Translations under genes and position numbers: made by a program
In this document: positions 1-10,277 of the stretch, piece after piece
How positions within the stretch are numbered: the first letter of the stretch is position 1
How the letters are laid out: each line of letters starts with the position of its first letter
The notes under the pieces: generated by a model
The model's database searches: none
Told to the model about the DNA's origin: nothing
The model's input: only the letters and a program-made list of their open reading frames with translations
Assembly: GCA_963693365.1 (NCBI GenBank)
Contig: CAVNZM010000013.1
Location: 7,425,482-7,489,481, forward strand
Source: Amoebidium appalachense
Taxonomy: Eukaryota; Protista; Ichthyosporea
Length of the DNA stretch: 64,000 nucleotides
Reading direction: 5' to 3'

Positions 1-79
1 TAAGACGTTACTCCGATATGCCTTTCATATTATAAGCGCACTTATACTGTACTTTGCATGCATTCGTTCCCATTATCAA

Positions 80-800
80 TTTATTGGCAGTGTATTTGGA
101 TAATATAGTGTGATATTTATAATATATATGTAATGCATTATCAACACTTATATCTTTATGGTGGTGATATCATTCGTATGTTGGCAATATATGCTTGATA
201 TGGAACATACTTACATATTTCTTATTTGTAATGTGTTGGGAGTGTATTAATCATACCTCTGTTTATGTCATCAATATACTCACGATATATAAGCAACCTA
301 TCGGCGATACCGCATTTATATATTGATTATAGTTGGATCATATGTTGGCAATACATTGTTTATATGTTTCTTGATATTTAAATCTTTGTATTTCTATGAA
401 TTGCATATTGGCAATACATTAATAATGCGTTCATAGTGCAACTACAATGCGAAAATACAGTATTATCCATATCATTATCTGTATTTTTGATATTATTTGG
501 TTGTTATTGTAATATCGCCCGGGTATAATTGATATTGGCAATACGTCTATAATGCTAGCGCAATAGTAATGCAATGGCAATGTAATGGCACTCTAATGTA
601 TTGGCGATATTGAAGTAACATATACTGGATAATATATTCATATCAGCGGGATATCGACAATAGAGGGTATTGGTACTGTATTACCATTGACAATACCAAA
701 GCAATATTATTGCAATATGGCGTTCCTATTGGCGGCAAGGGGTTCTATTGCCAATATCGCCAATAGCGCCAATAGCAAAAAATACGTTGGCAATACTTCC
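80..800. repeat. AT-rich region with dispersed near-palindromic TTGGCAATA / TATTG(G/C)CAATA motifs
   Basis: TTGGCAATA at 181, 345, 408, 535 and 787; reverse copy TATTGCCAA at 746; degenerate copies near 83, 599 and 727; no credible ORF. Confidence 0.6.
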
Positions 801-907
801 GGGAAGTTTGCTGATGAAACACGCAAGCGCGCACTCGTGGTCGTGCAGCGCCTCGAGAACTGGCACCTTGCGAATGAGTGTGCGTCGACGCAGGCGGGGA
901 CTCTGGA

Positions 908-919
908 GGGTATAAAAGC
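908..919 (+). promoter_or_regulatory. TATA box (GGGTATAAAAGC) of ORF 970-1488
   Basis: Consensus TATAAAAG ~55 bp upstream of ATG 970; same core as motifs at 3973 and 7960. Confidence 0.6.
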
Positions 920-969
920 GTGTGTCTGACACGGGGAGCTGCCAGTCTGCATCTGCACCAGAACCGACC

Positions 970-1488
970 ATGGCTTTTGAGCAGGACCTGAAGCTATTCG
1001 TGAATAGACTTTCGCTGTTTGTATCCAACATGACGTTCGACTCGAACGGCGCCGGGAGGGTGGGGAGCCGGCCGCTACAGCTCCACGCAAGACTCGGCAA
1101 GGGCGACACGATGCTGTCGGACACGATGCTGCCGCTGCAGTCGGTGGAAACCTCCAATCGAGATGGACTCAACCACCTTGTGTTTTCGACGTGTCCGCTG
1201 GAGGGGGCCGGGGATGCGGTGACCATCGACCTGGATTGGGGCAAGTCGTTTCGGCTGACCTGGGAGCGCTGGGACACCACGCTGTCGCTGCTGCAACCGA
1301 GGGATCCGACGGAGGAGGAGGGCATGAGCGAGGGACGAGCTGTCCCCATGGAGGCAAAGAGAAAACGAACAACCCTTCTGCGAATCGACTTTTTGAAGGA
1401 CTTCCTTTGGCATGACATGGGGTGCGACATTCTGTCGCTGCAGTTATATGAATCAGTACAGAAAAATAGGCGGCAGTGTAGAGAATAA
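970..1488 (+). CDS. Intronless hypothetical protein, 172 aa (MAFEQDLKLFVNRL...)
   Basis: Non-repetitive GC-rich ORF with ATG in ACCATGG context and an upstream TATA box; no family recognised. Confidence 0.6.
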   Translation: MAFEQDLKLFVNRLSLFVSNMTFDSNGAGRVGSRPLQLHARLGKGDTMLSDTMLPLQSVETSNRDGLNHLVFSTCPLEGAGDAVTIDLDWGKSFRLTWERWDTTLSLLQPRDPTEEEGMSEGRAVPMEAKRKRTTLLRIDFLKDFLWHDMGCDILSLQLYESVQKNRRQCRE

Positions 1489-1951
1489 TGCAGGTATCGC
1501 GCAGTGCGTGTGTGTGTGCGACTGCCGGTGAAGGTGCAACTGTGCCCTGGATGGCGCAGCATGTGAATATAAGGAGGCCCACAGCCAGGGAGTCATCGGA
1601 GCACATGTCTGGTGTGCGTTGGGATTATGGTCGATAATATTGTTACAAATATGTGGGTTTGGAGTGTCCATTAGGGAGCCAGCCCTACACTCAGGATATA
1701 TATATATAAGTATAAGCAGATACACGTCACCTGAAACTTGTTGCACTGAGTAACAATAATTATCTTACTCAAGGTACTGATTCTGAGTAACACAGACAAG
1801 TGTCCCACACTAGATGTTACTCGACCAAATATGATAAGAATTTCCAACCCATTTCCGAACTACCGTGTGCATACAATTCCTTGTCTTGTCTGTAGATACA
1901 TACTAAGTAACAGAATGAAATCACTCGCATGTGTTATCCCTCATGATTGTA

Positions 1952-2308
1952 TCAATCCGTTTCATCCGGAGTCTTAGCGGACTGGCCCAGACGTATGAGA
2001 CAGGCCCGTAGAAAGTCCTTTTGCTTCTTCAGCTTGTCGTTTTCCAGCTGCAGCTCTTGGTTCTCCACCACCAAATTCTTGTTCTCTTCGCACACCTTGT
2101 TGCGCTCCTCTTGCAGGCCCTTGATCACCTCCCGCTGGTTCTTGTTCATTGTGCGCAGCGCGTCGTTGTCCTTGTCCATGTCGTTGTTCAACTCCCTCAG
2201 CTGCTGGATCAGCCCGTGCAGCCCCTCGTTGGCCTCCTTCAGCATCTTGTTGGTCTCTTGCAGCTGCTCGGTGTGTGCATCTTGGCGCTGTGTGACTGTT
2301 TCGTCCAT
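1952..2308 (-). CDS. Small coiled-coil hypothetical protein, 118 aa
   Basis: Heptad-like L/E/K/N-rich sequence (LQETNKMLKEANEGLHGLIQQLRELN...); ATG start. Confidence 0.6.
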   Translation of the reverse strand: MDETVTQRQDAHTEQLQETNKMLKEANEGLHGLIQQLRELNNDMDKDNDALRTMNKNQREVIKGLQEERNKVCEENKNLVVENQELQLENDKLKKQKDFLRACLIRLGQSAKTPDETD

Positions 2309-2359
2309 TGTGTCGTTTGCAGCCGGTTGGGCAGGAGGTGTTTAGTTTTTCTATCCACG

Positions 2360-3381
2360 AAGCAAAGCAGTGTGAACAAAAAAAACGTCCCTCTTATTTT
2401 TACGAAGCAAAAGTGTGACCCAAAAAAAAACGTTCCTCTTACACAGTGCAAAATAAAGCAAAATCCTATGATGCGCAAACACACCGTGAACTAAAAAAAC
2501 TCGTCACTGATTATTTACACGAAGTAAAACAGTGTGAACAAAAAAAAGCGCTCCTTACACAATGCAAAATAAAGCAAAATCCTATGATGCGCAAACACAC
2601 CGTGAACTAAAAAAACTCGCCACTGATTATTTACACGAAGTAAAGCAGTGTGAACAAAAAAAAGCGCTCCTTACACAATGCAAAATAAAGCAAAATCCTA
2701 TGATGCGCAAACACACCGTGAACTAAAAAAACTCGCCACTGATTATTTACACGAAGTAAAGCAGTGTGAACAAAAAAAAGCGCTCCTTACACAATGCAAA
2801 ATAAAGCAAAATCCTATGATGCGCAAACACACCGTGAACTAAAAAAACTCGCCACTGATTATTTACACGAAGTAAAGCAGTGTGAACAAAAAAAAGCGCT
2901 CCTTACACAATGCAAAATAAAGCAAAATCCTATGATGCGCAAACACACCGTGAACTAAAAAAACTCGCCACTGATTATTTACAAAGTAAAGCAGTGTGAA
3001 CAAAAAAAAGCGCTCCTTACACAGTGCAAAATAAAGCAAAATCCTATGATGCGCAAACACACCGTGAACTAAAAAAACTTGCCACTGATTATTTACAAAG
3101 TAAAGCAGTGTGAACAAAAAAAAGCGCTCCTTACACATTGCAAAATAAAGCAAAATCCTATGATGCGCAAACACACCGTGAACTAAAAAAACTCGCCACT
3201 GATTATTTACACGAAGTAAAGCAGTGTGAACAAAAAAAAGCGCTCCTTACACAGTGCAAAATAAAGCAAAATCCTATGATGCGCAAACACACCGTGAACT
3301 AAAAAAACTCGCCACTGATTATTTACACGAAGTAAAGCAGTGTGAACAAAAAAAAGCGCTCCTTACACAATGCAAAATAAA
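2360..3381. repeat. Tandem array of 114-116 bp units, about 8.5 copies
   Basis: Marker CCTATGATGCGCAAAC at 2465, 2581, 2697, 2813, 2929, 3043, 3157 and 3273; units near-identical. Confidence 0.95.
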
Positions 3382-3784
3382 ACACACACACACACACACC
3401 AAGCCATTTGTATCCAGCTCGGACCCCTTTTTGTGCGCACACTTCTGGTTGGTGTATAAGTATTGGATCCACGTGAGCGCGAGTTTCCTAAGTGCTGCTC
3501 AAAAAGTGACATGTTGTTCCCAGCAGGCAGTGCACCGATTCGCTATCAGTTGACATCGTGTTCAAGCAGTCAGCACCATGTGATTGTGTACTTTTCCTGA
3601 CCAATTTTTGTATCCCTGATAGACAGAATAATGCTCGTAATTGTTGGGAAGCATATTCGTGTTTTTTTAGGAGTTGCTACATCAAAATACATTGTGTTCA
3701 AACACTGACGGCCAAGTTGCAAAGATCGGATTACAATCCAATCTGTCAAAATGACAATTCTCAAGTCAAAACATGCTCTTGTTG

Positions 3785-3985
3785 ATCCAATCAGAATTCA
3801 TCAATCAGTCAGCAGATTTGGTTGAGCCCCAACTTATCGGATACACCAAGATGCCCAAATGACAATTAGCCAATCAGATATTCACGCGATCTCTAGATCC
3901 AATCAAGCGTCGCGGCTGGGGTATATCCAACCAATCTAATGCAATAAAGCATCTGATGCCAAAGCCGGGCACGGCATATAAAAGC
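3785..3985 (+). promoter_or_regulatory. Promoter with several CCAAT boxes and TATA (GGCATATAAAAGC, 3973-3985)
   Basis: CCAATC near 3787, 3870, 3899 and 3931; TATA ~85 bp upstream of ATG 4069. Confidence 0.65.
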
Positions 3986-4068
3986 CCATACTCTCTTCAA
4001 TCCACACACCTTTTCCATGTTAGCTAGCTTCTCCCTTGGCACACAACGTACATCCAACTGTCACGAAA

Positions 4069-4869
4069 ATGAGTTCTAAAGATGACATCAAAGATCTAGA
4101 AAGGCGCGCTGAAAAAATGGAGACAAGACTCAAGACTTTGGAGGAGGATGCAAAGGCCCTGCGGGACACCCAGACCCGTTTCGCGTGCGCCCTTGCTAGG
4201 CACGCCCGCATGGCTTTAAGCAACAAGCGCACCACTACAGCAGCAACCGTGGCACCCCAAGCAGCAACCGTGGCACCCCCAGCAGCAACCGTGGCACCCC
4301 CAGCAGCAACCGTGGCACCCCCAGCGCTGACCGTGGCACCCCCTGTCCTGGCAGCGGCACCTGCACTTCGTGCTGGCGAGCATGGCAGCTCCTATCCCGT
4401 GGACTTGGCCCCCCAGCCCCTGCAGCGCTCACGTTTGCACATCACACAGGGGTCCAAGACACGGGAGAAACCACGAAGACAGCAGAAGAGGACACGAGAG
4501 GAAGTCAGAAGCTCTGGGTCGGAGGAGGAGTACCATCCTCCAGTGCCTGCTTGGTTCAACTTGAAGACCTTCACACAGGGGTCCAAGACACGGGAGAAAC
4601 CACGAAGACAGCAGAAGAGGACACGAGAGGAAGTCAAAAGCTCTGGGTCGGAGGTACAGGAGGAAGTGCCTCCTTGGTTCAAGACCTTGTCCAAGACCTT
4701 GCTACGGGGACAGCAGTCAGAACCTGAGGAGTACTCGTCTTCTGAGGAGTACTCGTCTTCCGAGTCCAAGACCTTGACACGGGGACAGCAGAAAAGGGCA
4801 CGAGCCAGTGAAGCCAGCAGCTCTGGGGCGTCTTCCGAGTCTTCAGACGAATATATCAACTGGCCTTGA
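4069..4869 (+). CDS. Hypothetical protein (266 aa): N-terminal coiled coil, ATVAPPA repeats, duplicated basic block, Ser/Glu-rich tail
   Basis: Intronless ORF from MSSKDDIK; internal repeats keep frame; TATA/CCAAT promoter upstream. Confidence 0.7.
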   Translation: MSSKDDIKDLERRAEKMETRLKTLEEDAKALRDTQTRFACALARHARMALSNKRTTTAATVAPQAATVAPPAATVAPPAATVAPPALTVAPPVLAAAPALRAGEHGSSYPVDLAPQPLQRSRLHITQGSKTREKPRRQQKRTREEVRSSGSEEEYHPPVPAWFNLKTFTQGSKTREKPRRQQKRTREEVKSSGSEVQEEVPPWFKTLSKTLLRGQQSEPEEYSSSEEYSSSESKTLTRGQQKRARASEASSSGASSESSDEYINWP

Positions 4870-4948
4870 CACGGTGAAAAAAGGGGCCGCTATTAGAGAG
4901 TAGCCTCAGGCTATTCTAGTGCTTGTGTGCAGATGTACTTAACATTGA

Positions 4949-6265
4949 GTGTACTTAGGGTGGGGCTGTGCAGAGTGTACTTAGGGTGGTGCAGAGTGTA
5001 CTTAGGGTGGGGCTGTGCAGAGTGTACTTAGGGTGGTGCAGAGGGTACTTAGGGTGGGGCTGTGCAGAGTGTACTTAGGGCTGTGCAGAGGTGTACTTAG
5101 GGTGGTGCAGAGGTGTACTTAGGGCTGTGCAGAGGTCTACTTAGGGTGGTGCAGACGTGTACTTAGGGTGGTGCAGAGGTCTACTTAGGGTGGTGCAGAG
5201 GTCTACTTAGGGTGGTGCAGACGTGTACTTAGGGTGGTGCAGAGGTGTACTTAGGGTGGTGCAGACGTGTACTTAGGGTGGTGCAGACGTGTACTTAGGG
5301 TGGTGCAGACGTGTACTTAGGGTGGTGCAGAGGTCTACTTAGGGTGGTGCAGACGTGTACTTAGGGTGGTGCAGAGGTGTACTTAGGGTGGTGCAGAGGT
5401 GTACTTAGGGCTGTGCAGAGGTGTACTTAGGGTGGTGCAGACGTGTACTTAGGGTGGTGCAGACGTGTACTTAGGGTGGTGCAGACGTGTACTTAGGGTG
5501 GTGCAGAGTGTACTTAGGGTGGGGCTGTGCAGAGTGTACTTAGGGTGGTGCAGAGTGTACTTAGGGTGGGGCTGTGCAGAGTGTACTTAGGGCTGTGCAG
5601 AGGTGTACTTAGGGTGGTGCAGAGGTGTACTTAGGGCTGTGCAGAGGTGTACTTAGGGTGGTGCAGACGTGTACTTAGGGTGGTGCAGAGGTCTACTTAG
5701 GGTGGTGCAGACGTGTACTTAGGGTGGTGCAGAGGTCTACTTAGGGTGGTGCAGAGGTCTACTTAGGGTGGTGCAGACGTGTACTTAAGGTGGTGCAGAG
5801 GTGTACTTAGGGTGGTGCAGACGTGTACTTAGGGTGGTGCAGACGTGTACTTAGGGTGGTGCAGAGGTGTACTTAGGGTGGTGCAGCGTGTACTTAGGGT
5901 GGGGCTGTGCAGAGTGTACTTAGGGTGGTGCAGACGTGTACTTAGGGTGGTGCAGACGTGTACTTAGGGTGGTGCAGAGGTGTACTTAGGGTGGTGCAGA
6001 GTGTACTTAGGGTGGGGCTGTGCAGAGTGTACTTAGGGTGGTCAGAGTGTACTTAGGGCGGTGCAGAGTGTACTTAGGGTGGTGCAGAGTGTACTTAGGG
6101 TGGTGCAGAGTGTACTTAGGGTGGTGCAGAGTGTACTTAGGGTGGTGCAGAGTGTACTTAGGGTGGGGCTGTGCACCACAGTGTACTTAGGGTGGTGCAG
6201 ACGTGTACTTAGGGTGGGGCTGTGCACCACAGTGTACTTAGGGTGGTGCAGAGTGTACTTAGGTG
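4949..6265 (+). repeat. Telomere-like minisatellite, roughly 60 units of 19-26 bp, consensus GTGTACTTAGGGTGGTGCAGA
   Basis: Nearly every unit contains TTAGGG; variants GGGGCTGTGCAGA, GTCTAC, AGAC/AGAG; degenerate copies continue to ~6390. Confidence 0.95.
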
Positions 6266-6668
6266 GGTGTCTTGTGGTGAAAGTAAAGTTTATGGCATAC
6301 AGGCAGATGTGTGCTTTAAGCCTTAGGGAACTGTGGGCAGACATGTCAACACTTGGGCCTATGGGTAGACGTGTACACACTTAGTGTATTTGTTTGTGTC
6401 TCTCATGGTTATTTTATAGCATGAAGCACTGCAAAAAATGGTGTATGTTTCCGTGGTCCACGTACACAGAATCCTTTAATATGAACACAAGTGATTGTAT
6501 AGAAAAAGAGTAAGTACGTACATGATAGTCTAGTCAGATTACAAAGAACAAATCAACTTGGACCGAGTATATTCAAATACAAACTAAAAGAGAAAAGAAA
6601 CAAATAAATCAAGACCGATCAATTCAAATACAAATCAAAAGAGAATGCCACTTAGTCGACCAATCAAA

Positions 6669-7865
6669 TCAGTACATCTCATGCTCATACTGGTCAAACT
6701 CTTCCTGGTCAAGATCAATGAGGGGAATTTCTTCAGTTTGTTTATGTTTGGGTTCAGGTTTGCGGTCATACACGACCGACTCACGATCAGACGCAGATTC
6801 GTCATCTGTCATATCATCGAGTACCTGATTTGCCCGTCGTTTGAGCCGCTTGGGGTTGAATGCTTCATCTGAGTCCCAATCGCATTGATCATGGACGCGT
6901 TTGGCGGGTGAGGCAGGTGAAGAGACAGACTCATTACCACCTGTGTATGCCTTCAAGTTCTTCTCCCGTCGCAGAATCTTCCTTCGGATGCTTTTTATGG
7001 TGTTTTGGGCTGCACACACAGCAGCAATGGCCAGGCCCTCCGCCATTTCATCTTCAGCCGCCTTTGCCTCTTTGACACGCTCTCGAGCATTCTGGAGCTC
7101 CCCCCTCACACTAGTTAGCTGTGCATCGAGGTCCATCGTATGGTCATGCAACGAAGTCTCAGGTGTTTTGGTGTGCTTGGGCCTGGGCTTAGCGGCAGGG
7201 GTGGTCTTGGCAGGAGTGGTCTTGGTGGTAGGGGTGGTCTTGGCAGGAGTGGTCTTGGTGGTAGGGGTGGTCTTGGCAGGAGTGGTCTTGGTGGTAGGGG
7301 TGGTCTTGGCAGGAGTGGTCTTGGCGGCAGGGGTAGGGGCAGTCATAGGGGCGGTCTTGGCGGCAGGGGTGGGGGCAGTCACAGGGGCGGTCTTGGCGGC
7401 AGGGGTGGGGGCAGTCACAGGGGCGGTCTTGGCGGCAGGGATGGGGGCAGTCACAGGGGCGGTCTTGGCGGCAGGGGTGGGGGCAGTCACAGGGGCGGTC
7501 TTGGCGGCAGGGGTGGGGGCAGTCACAGTGGTGGTCATGGCCACAGGGGTAGTCTTGCAAGGGCCACTGAAAATGTAGTTTTCATAGGCCACCTGGCCAT
7601 CCCGGTGGGGTGCTGCAGCCCGTTGCAGGCTGGCAAGCTCGGCCTGCAGGGTCTTGATCTGCTCTTCGGCTGCCCTCAGTCGTGCCTCTACATCAGAGGG
7701 CTGGGGTTGGGGGGGTCGGGGGGTACGCGCAGCATTCTCATTGGTCACTTGACTGCGGAGGCTGATGAGGTCGATGTGCAGGGCCGTTAAGCGAGACGAA
7801 TGGTCCGTGTACAGAAAATCAAAGCGCTTCTGCAGCTGTTGAAGCTCCTCTTTCAAAGAATCCAT
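6669..7865 (-). CDS. Hypothetical protein (398 aa): N-terminal coiled coil, Pro/Thr/Ala/Lys repeats, second coiled coil, acidic tail
   Basis: Long intronless ORF from MDSLKEELQQLQKRF; in-frame AKTAPVTAPTPA and KTTP repeats; TATA at 7960-7972. Confidence 0.75.
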   Translation of the reverse strand: MDSLKEELQQLQKRFDFLYTDHSSRLTALHIDLISLRSQVTNENAARTPRPPQPQPSDVEARLRAAEEQIKTLQAELASLQRAAAPHRDGQVAYENYIFSGPCKTTPVAMTTTVTAPTPAAKTAPVTAPTPAAKTAPVTAPIPAAKTAPVTAPTPAAKTAPVTAPTPAAKTAPMTAPTPAAKTTPAKTTPTTKTTPAKTTPTTKTTPAKTTPTTKTTPAKTTPAAKPRPKHTKTPETSLHDHTMDLDAQLTSVRGELQNARERVKEAKAAEDEMAEGLAIAAVCAAQNTIKSIRRKILRREKNLKAYTGGNESVSSPASPAKRVHDQCDWDSDEAFNPKRLKRRANQVLDDMTDDESASDRESVVYDRKPEPKHKQTEEIPLIDLDQEEFDQYEHEMY

Positions 7866-7959
7866 GTTTCGTGTGAGTGTTTGAAAAACAAGTTTGTTGT
7901 GTGTCGCCTTTTACTATTGAGTGTCAGTGTTGAAATGAGTGAATGTGACCGTGTGTGCT

Positions 7960-7972
7960 GCTTTTATATGCC
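7960..7972 (-). promoter_or_regulatory. TATA box GGCATATAAAAGC, identical to 3973-3985
   Basis: gcttttatatgcc on the + strand, ~95 bp upstream of ATG 7865. Confidence 0.65.
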
Positions 7973-8159
7973 ACGGTACAAAGCAGCTTACAGCAATGGT
8001 GCCAAGGCTCAATGGGATAGATCTCTCCAATCAACGGTCATTGTCACTCAAACGGCCTTGATGGTTGGCAAAGTATCACGTCTAAGCTTGATGAAAACAA
8101 ACCCGTGGCTGCTAACCATTGGCCGGGTATAGATCTAACCAAAAAAGGAAGGCACAACA

Positions 8160-8578
8160 AATTAGTGCCTGCACACGGAGCATGCCTATAGGCTGTTTAG
8201 ACACCACACGTGTAGGGCGCTGCCTCTTGGCACCAACCAGAAGAGGTAGAAATTGGTGCCTGCACACGGAGCATGCCTATAGGCTGTTTAGACACCACAC
8301 GTGTAGGGCGCTGCCTCTTGGCACCAACCAGAAGAGGTAGAAATTGGTGCCTGCACACGGAGCATGCCTATAGGCTGTTTAGACACCACACGTGTAGGGC
8401 GCTGCCTCTTGGCACCAACCAGAAGAGGGTAGAAATTGGTGCCTGCACACGGAGCATGCCTATAGGCTGTTTAGACACCACACGTGTAGGGCGCTGCCTC
8501 TTGGCACCAACCAGAAGAGGGTAGAAATTGGTGCCTGCACACGGAGCATGCCTATAGGCTGTTTAGACACCACACGTG
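8160..8578. repeat. Tandem array of 91-92 bp units, about 4.6 copies, with internal palindromes
   Basis: GCACACGGAG at 8171, 8262, 8353, 8445 and 8537; units contain GCCTATAGGC, ACACGTGT and inverted TTGGTGCC/GGCACCAA. Confidence 0.95.
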
Positions 8579-8656
8579 TTGTGGCCTCTGCCTTTATCAC
8601 CCACACAGCCGCATGGTGCCAACATACACTATCCACGCTGTGAGTGGCATGCCAGT

Positions 8657-8937
8657 CTCCCCTGCTCCCCTGCCCCCCTACCCCCCAGCTCCCCTGCTCC
8701 CCTGCTCCCCTGCTCCCCTGCTCCCCTGTCTCCCGGAACCAGGCACCCAGTGTGACCATGGCCATATGCACACCCACACACTGAGTGGCTCCCCTGCTCC
8801 CCTGCCTCCCGGAACCAGGCCCCGGCGCAGGGCCAGTGAGTGCTCCCCTGCCCCCCTGCCTCCCGGAACCACGCCCCGGCGCAGGGCCAGTGAGTGCTCC
8901 CCTGCCCCCCTGCCTCCCGGAACCACGCCCCGGCGCA
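8657..8937. repeat. C-rich CTCCCCTG short repeats plus ~54-bp units (...CCTCCCGGAACCA...CCCCGGCGCAG)
   Basis: Direct inspection; three ~54-bp copies between ~8782 and 8937. Confidence 0.85.
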
Positions 8938-9186
8938 GTGGCAGCTATTTTTAGATATAGAGATTCCATGGCCACATGGCCAGATGGCCAGATCATTTTG
9001 CTCACCGTTTTATCCCGTTTTATCCACCTTTTTTCACACACTGAATTTGACCTGGCCATCTGGCCATCTGGGTAGAGACCGTTTTCTGTTCTGATATTGG
9101 AGAACTGTCTGATAGTGATAGCAAATGTCATTCGAAGAACAATCGGGAAACCCCGTGGTGTGACAACCAATCAGAATGAAGCAATA

Positions 9187-9551
9187 TTGGGATATTCGGG
9201 TTGGTTGTAAGGTTTTCCGGGTCGGGCCGAAGGCCCTGCAGGCCCGTCTATTGTGCCATAGGCCGTAGGCCGCTAGGCCTGGGGCGCCGGGGACCGGGGC
9301 CCGGCCCGGCCCGCGAGCCACCCCGGCCCGGCCCGGCCCCCCCCGGGGCCCCGGGGTTAGCAGAATCTGCTAACCCCGGGGCCCCGGGGGTGCCGGGCCG
9401 GGCCGGGGTGGCTCGCGGGCCGGGCCGGACCCCCGGTCCCCGGCGCCCCAGGCCTAGCGGCCTAGGGCCTATGGCCCAATAGACGGGCCTGCGGCCTGTT
9501 AGGGCCTTCGGCCCGACCCGGAAAACCTTACAACCAACCCGAATATCCCAA
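9187..9551. repeat. 365-bp GC-rich near-perfect palindrome centred at 9365
   Basis: TTGGGATATTCGGGTTGGTTGTAAGG... pairs with ...CCTTACAACCAACCCGAATATCCCAA; centre GGTTAGCAGA-A-TCTGCTAACC; arms differ by an 8-nt indel and a few small changes. Confidence 0.95.
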
Positions 9552-10277
9552 GTTAGCCCCAAAAAGTGACCTTTAGATCCATGCGCAGCTGCCTTATATA
9601 GTATGATCTGAAACTTTTGTCCAATGAAAATCGTTATCGCTCCCAATTTGGAAAGTGACTTTCGGGCCAAAAAGCTACCTAATCGGATCGCTAAAACGGT
9701 TTGGGTCTCTGCACGGTAGTATACCCGTGACTACTGAACCGGCCCGTATGAAAGGGATAGATATACGCGGCAGCGTTTTGATTCCTTTGCCAACTTCATG
9801 CCGAGTGAAGGGAGTACTTGCTTGTGTACTTACCCCCCCCCAAATGAAAATTTTTGTGTTTTTCAATTTAAAGGTTTGGGCATTTCAGGGGCTGAACATT
9901 AGCATATATATGAATGACAGTGTATGCGCGCAGCGTGCATGCTTTGGTGTCATCGATTGCATGATCATGAACATATATCCGGTTTATTTTGTTGTCAAAA
10001 AAAAGCATAAGCTATCTCTAATATATAGTAAGCTATGAAGCCCAAATACGGAACGACACCCCTCAAACAACAGTTCTTTCAATCAAAGAGCACCCTTATT
10101 TCTGGTGTTATCTCTGATCCACACCCGCGCCGCTATCTGCATGCGGAGCTTATGCCCCAGTTCTTCTCACGCTAGCGTTTTGATAATGTTGCTTATAGAA
10201 TTAGTTCTATTTTTCTATGACATAAATGTTTTAACACACACAGCATGCGTATAGGGTGGGTCAGAAGATATCATAAA

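Noticed and set aside
3254-3553. Protein-like translation of the 116-bp repeat
   Set aside because: The period is not a multiple of 3, so the frame breaks between units
6901-7790. Gly/Val-rich + strand ORFs
   Set aside because: Antisense readings of the repeat region of the 398-aa gene
2360-8578. Tandem arrays as CRISPR-like arrays
   Set aside because: No unique spacers between repeats, no cas genes, eukaryotic context
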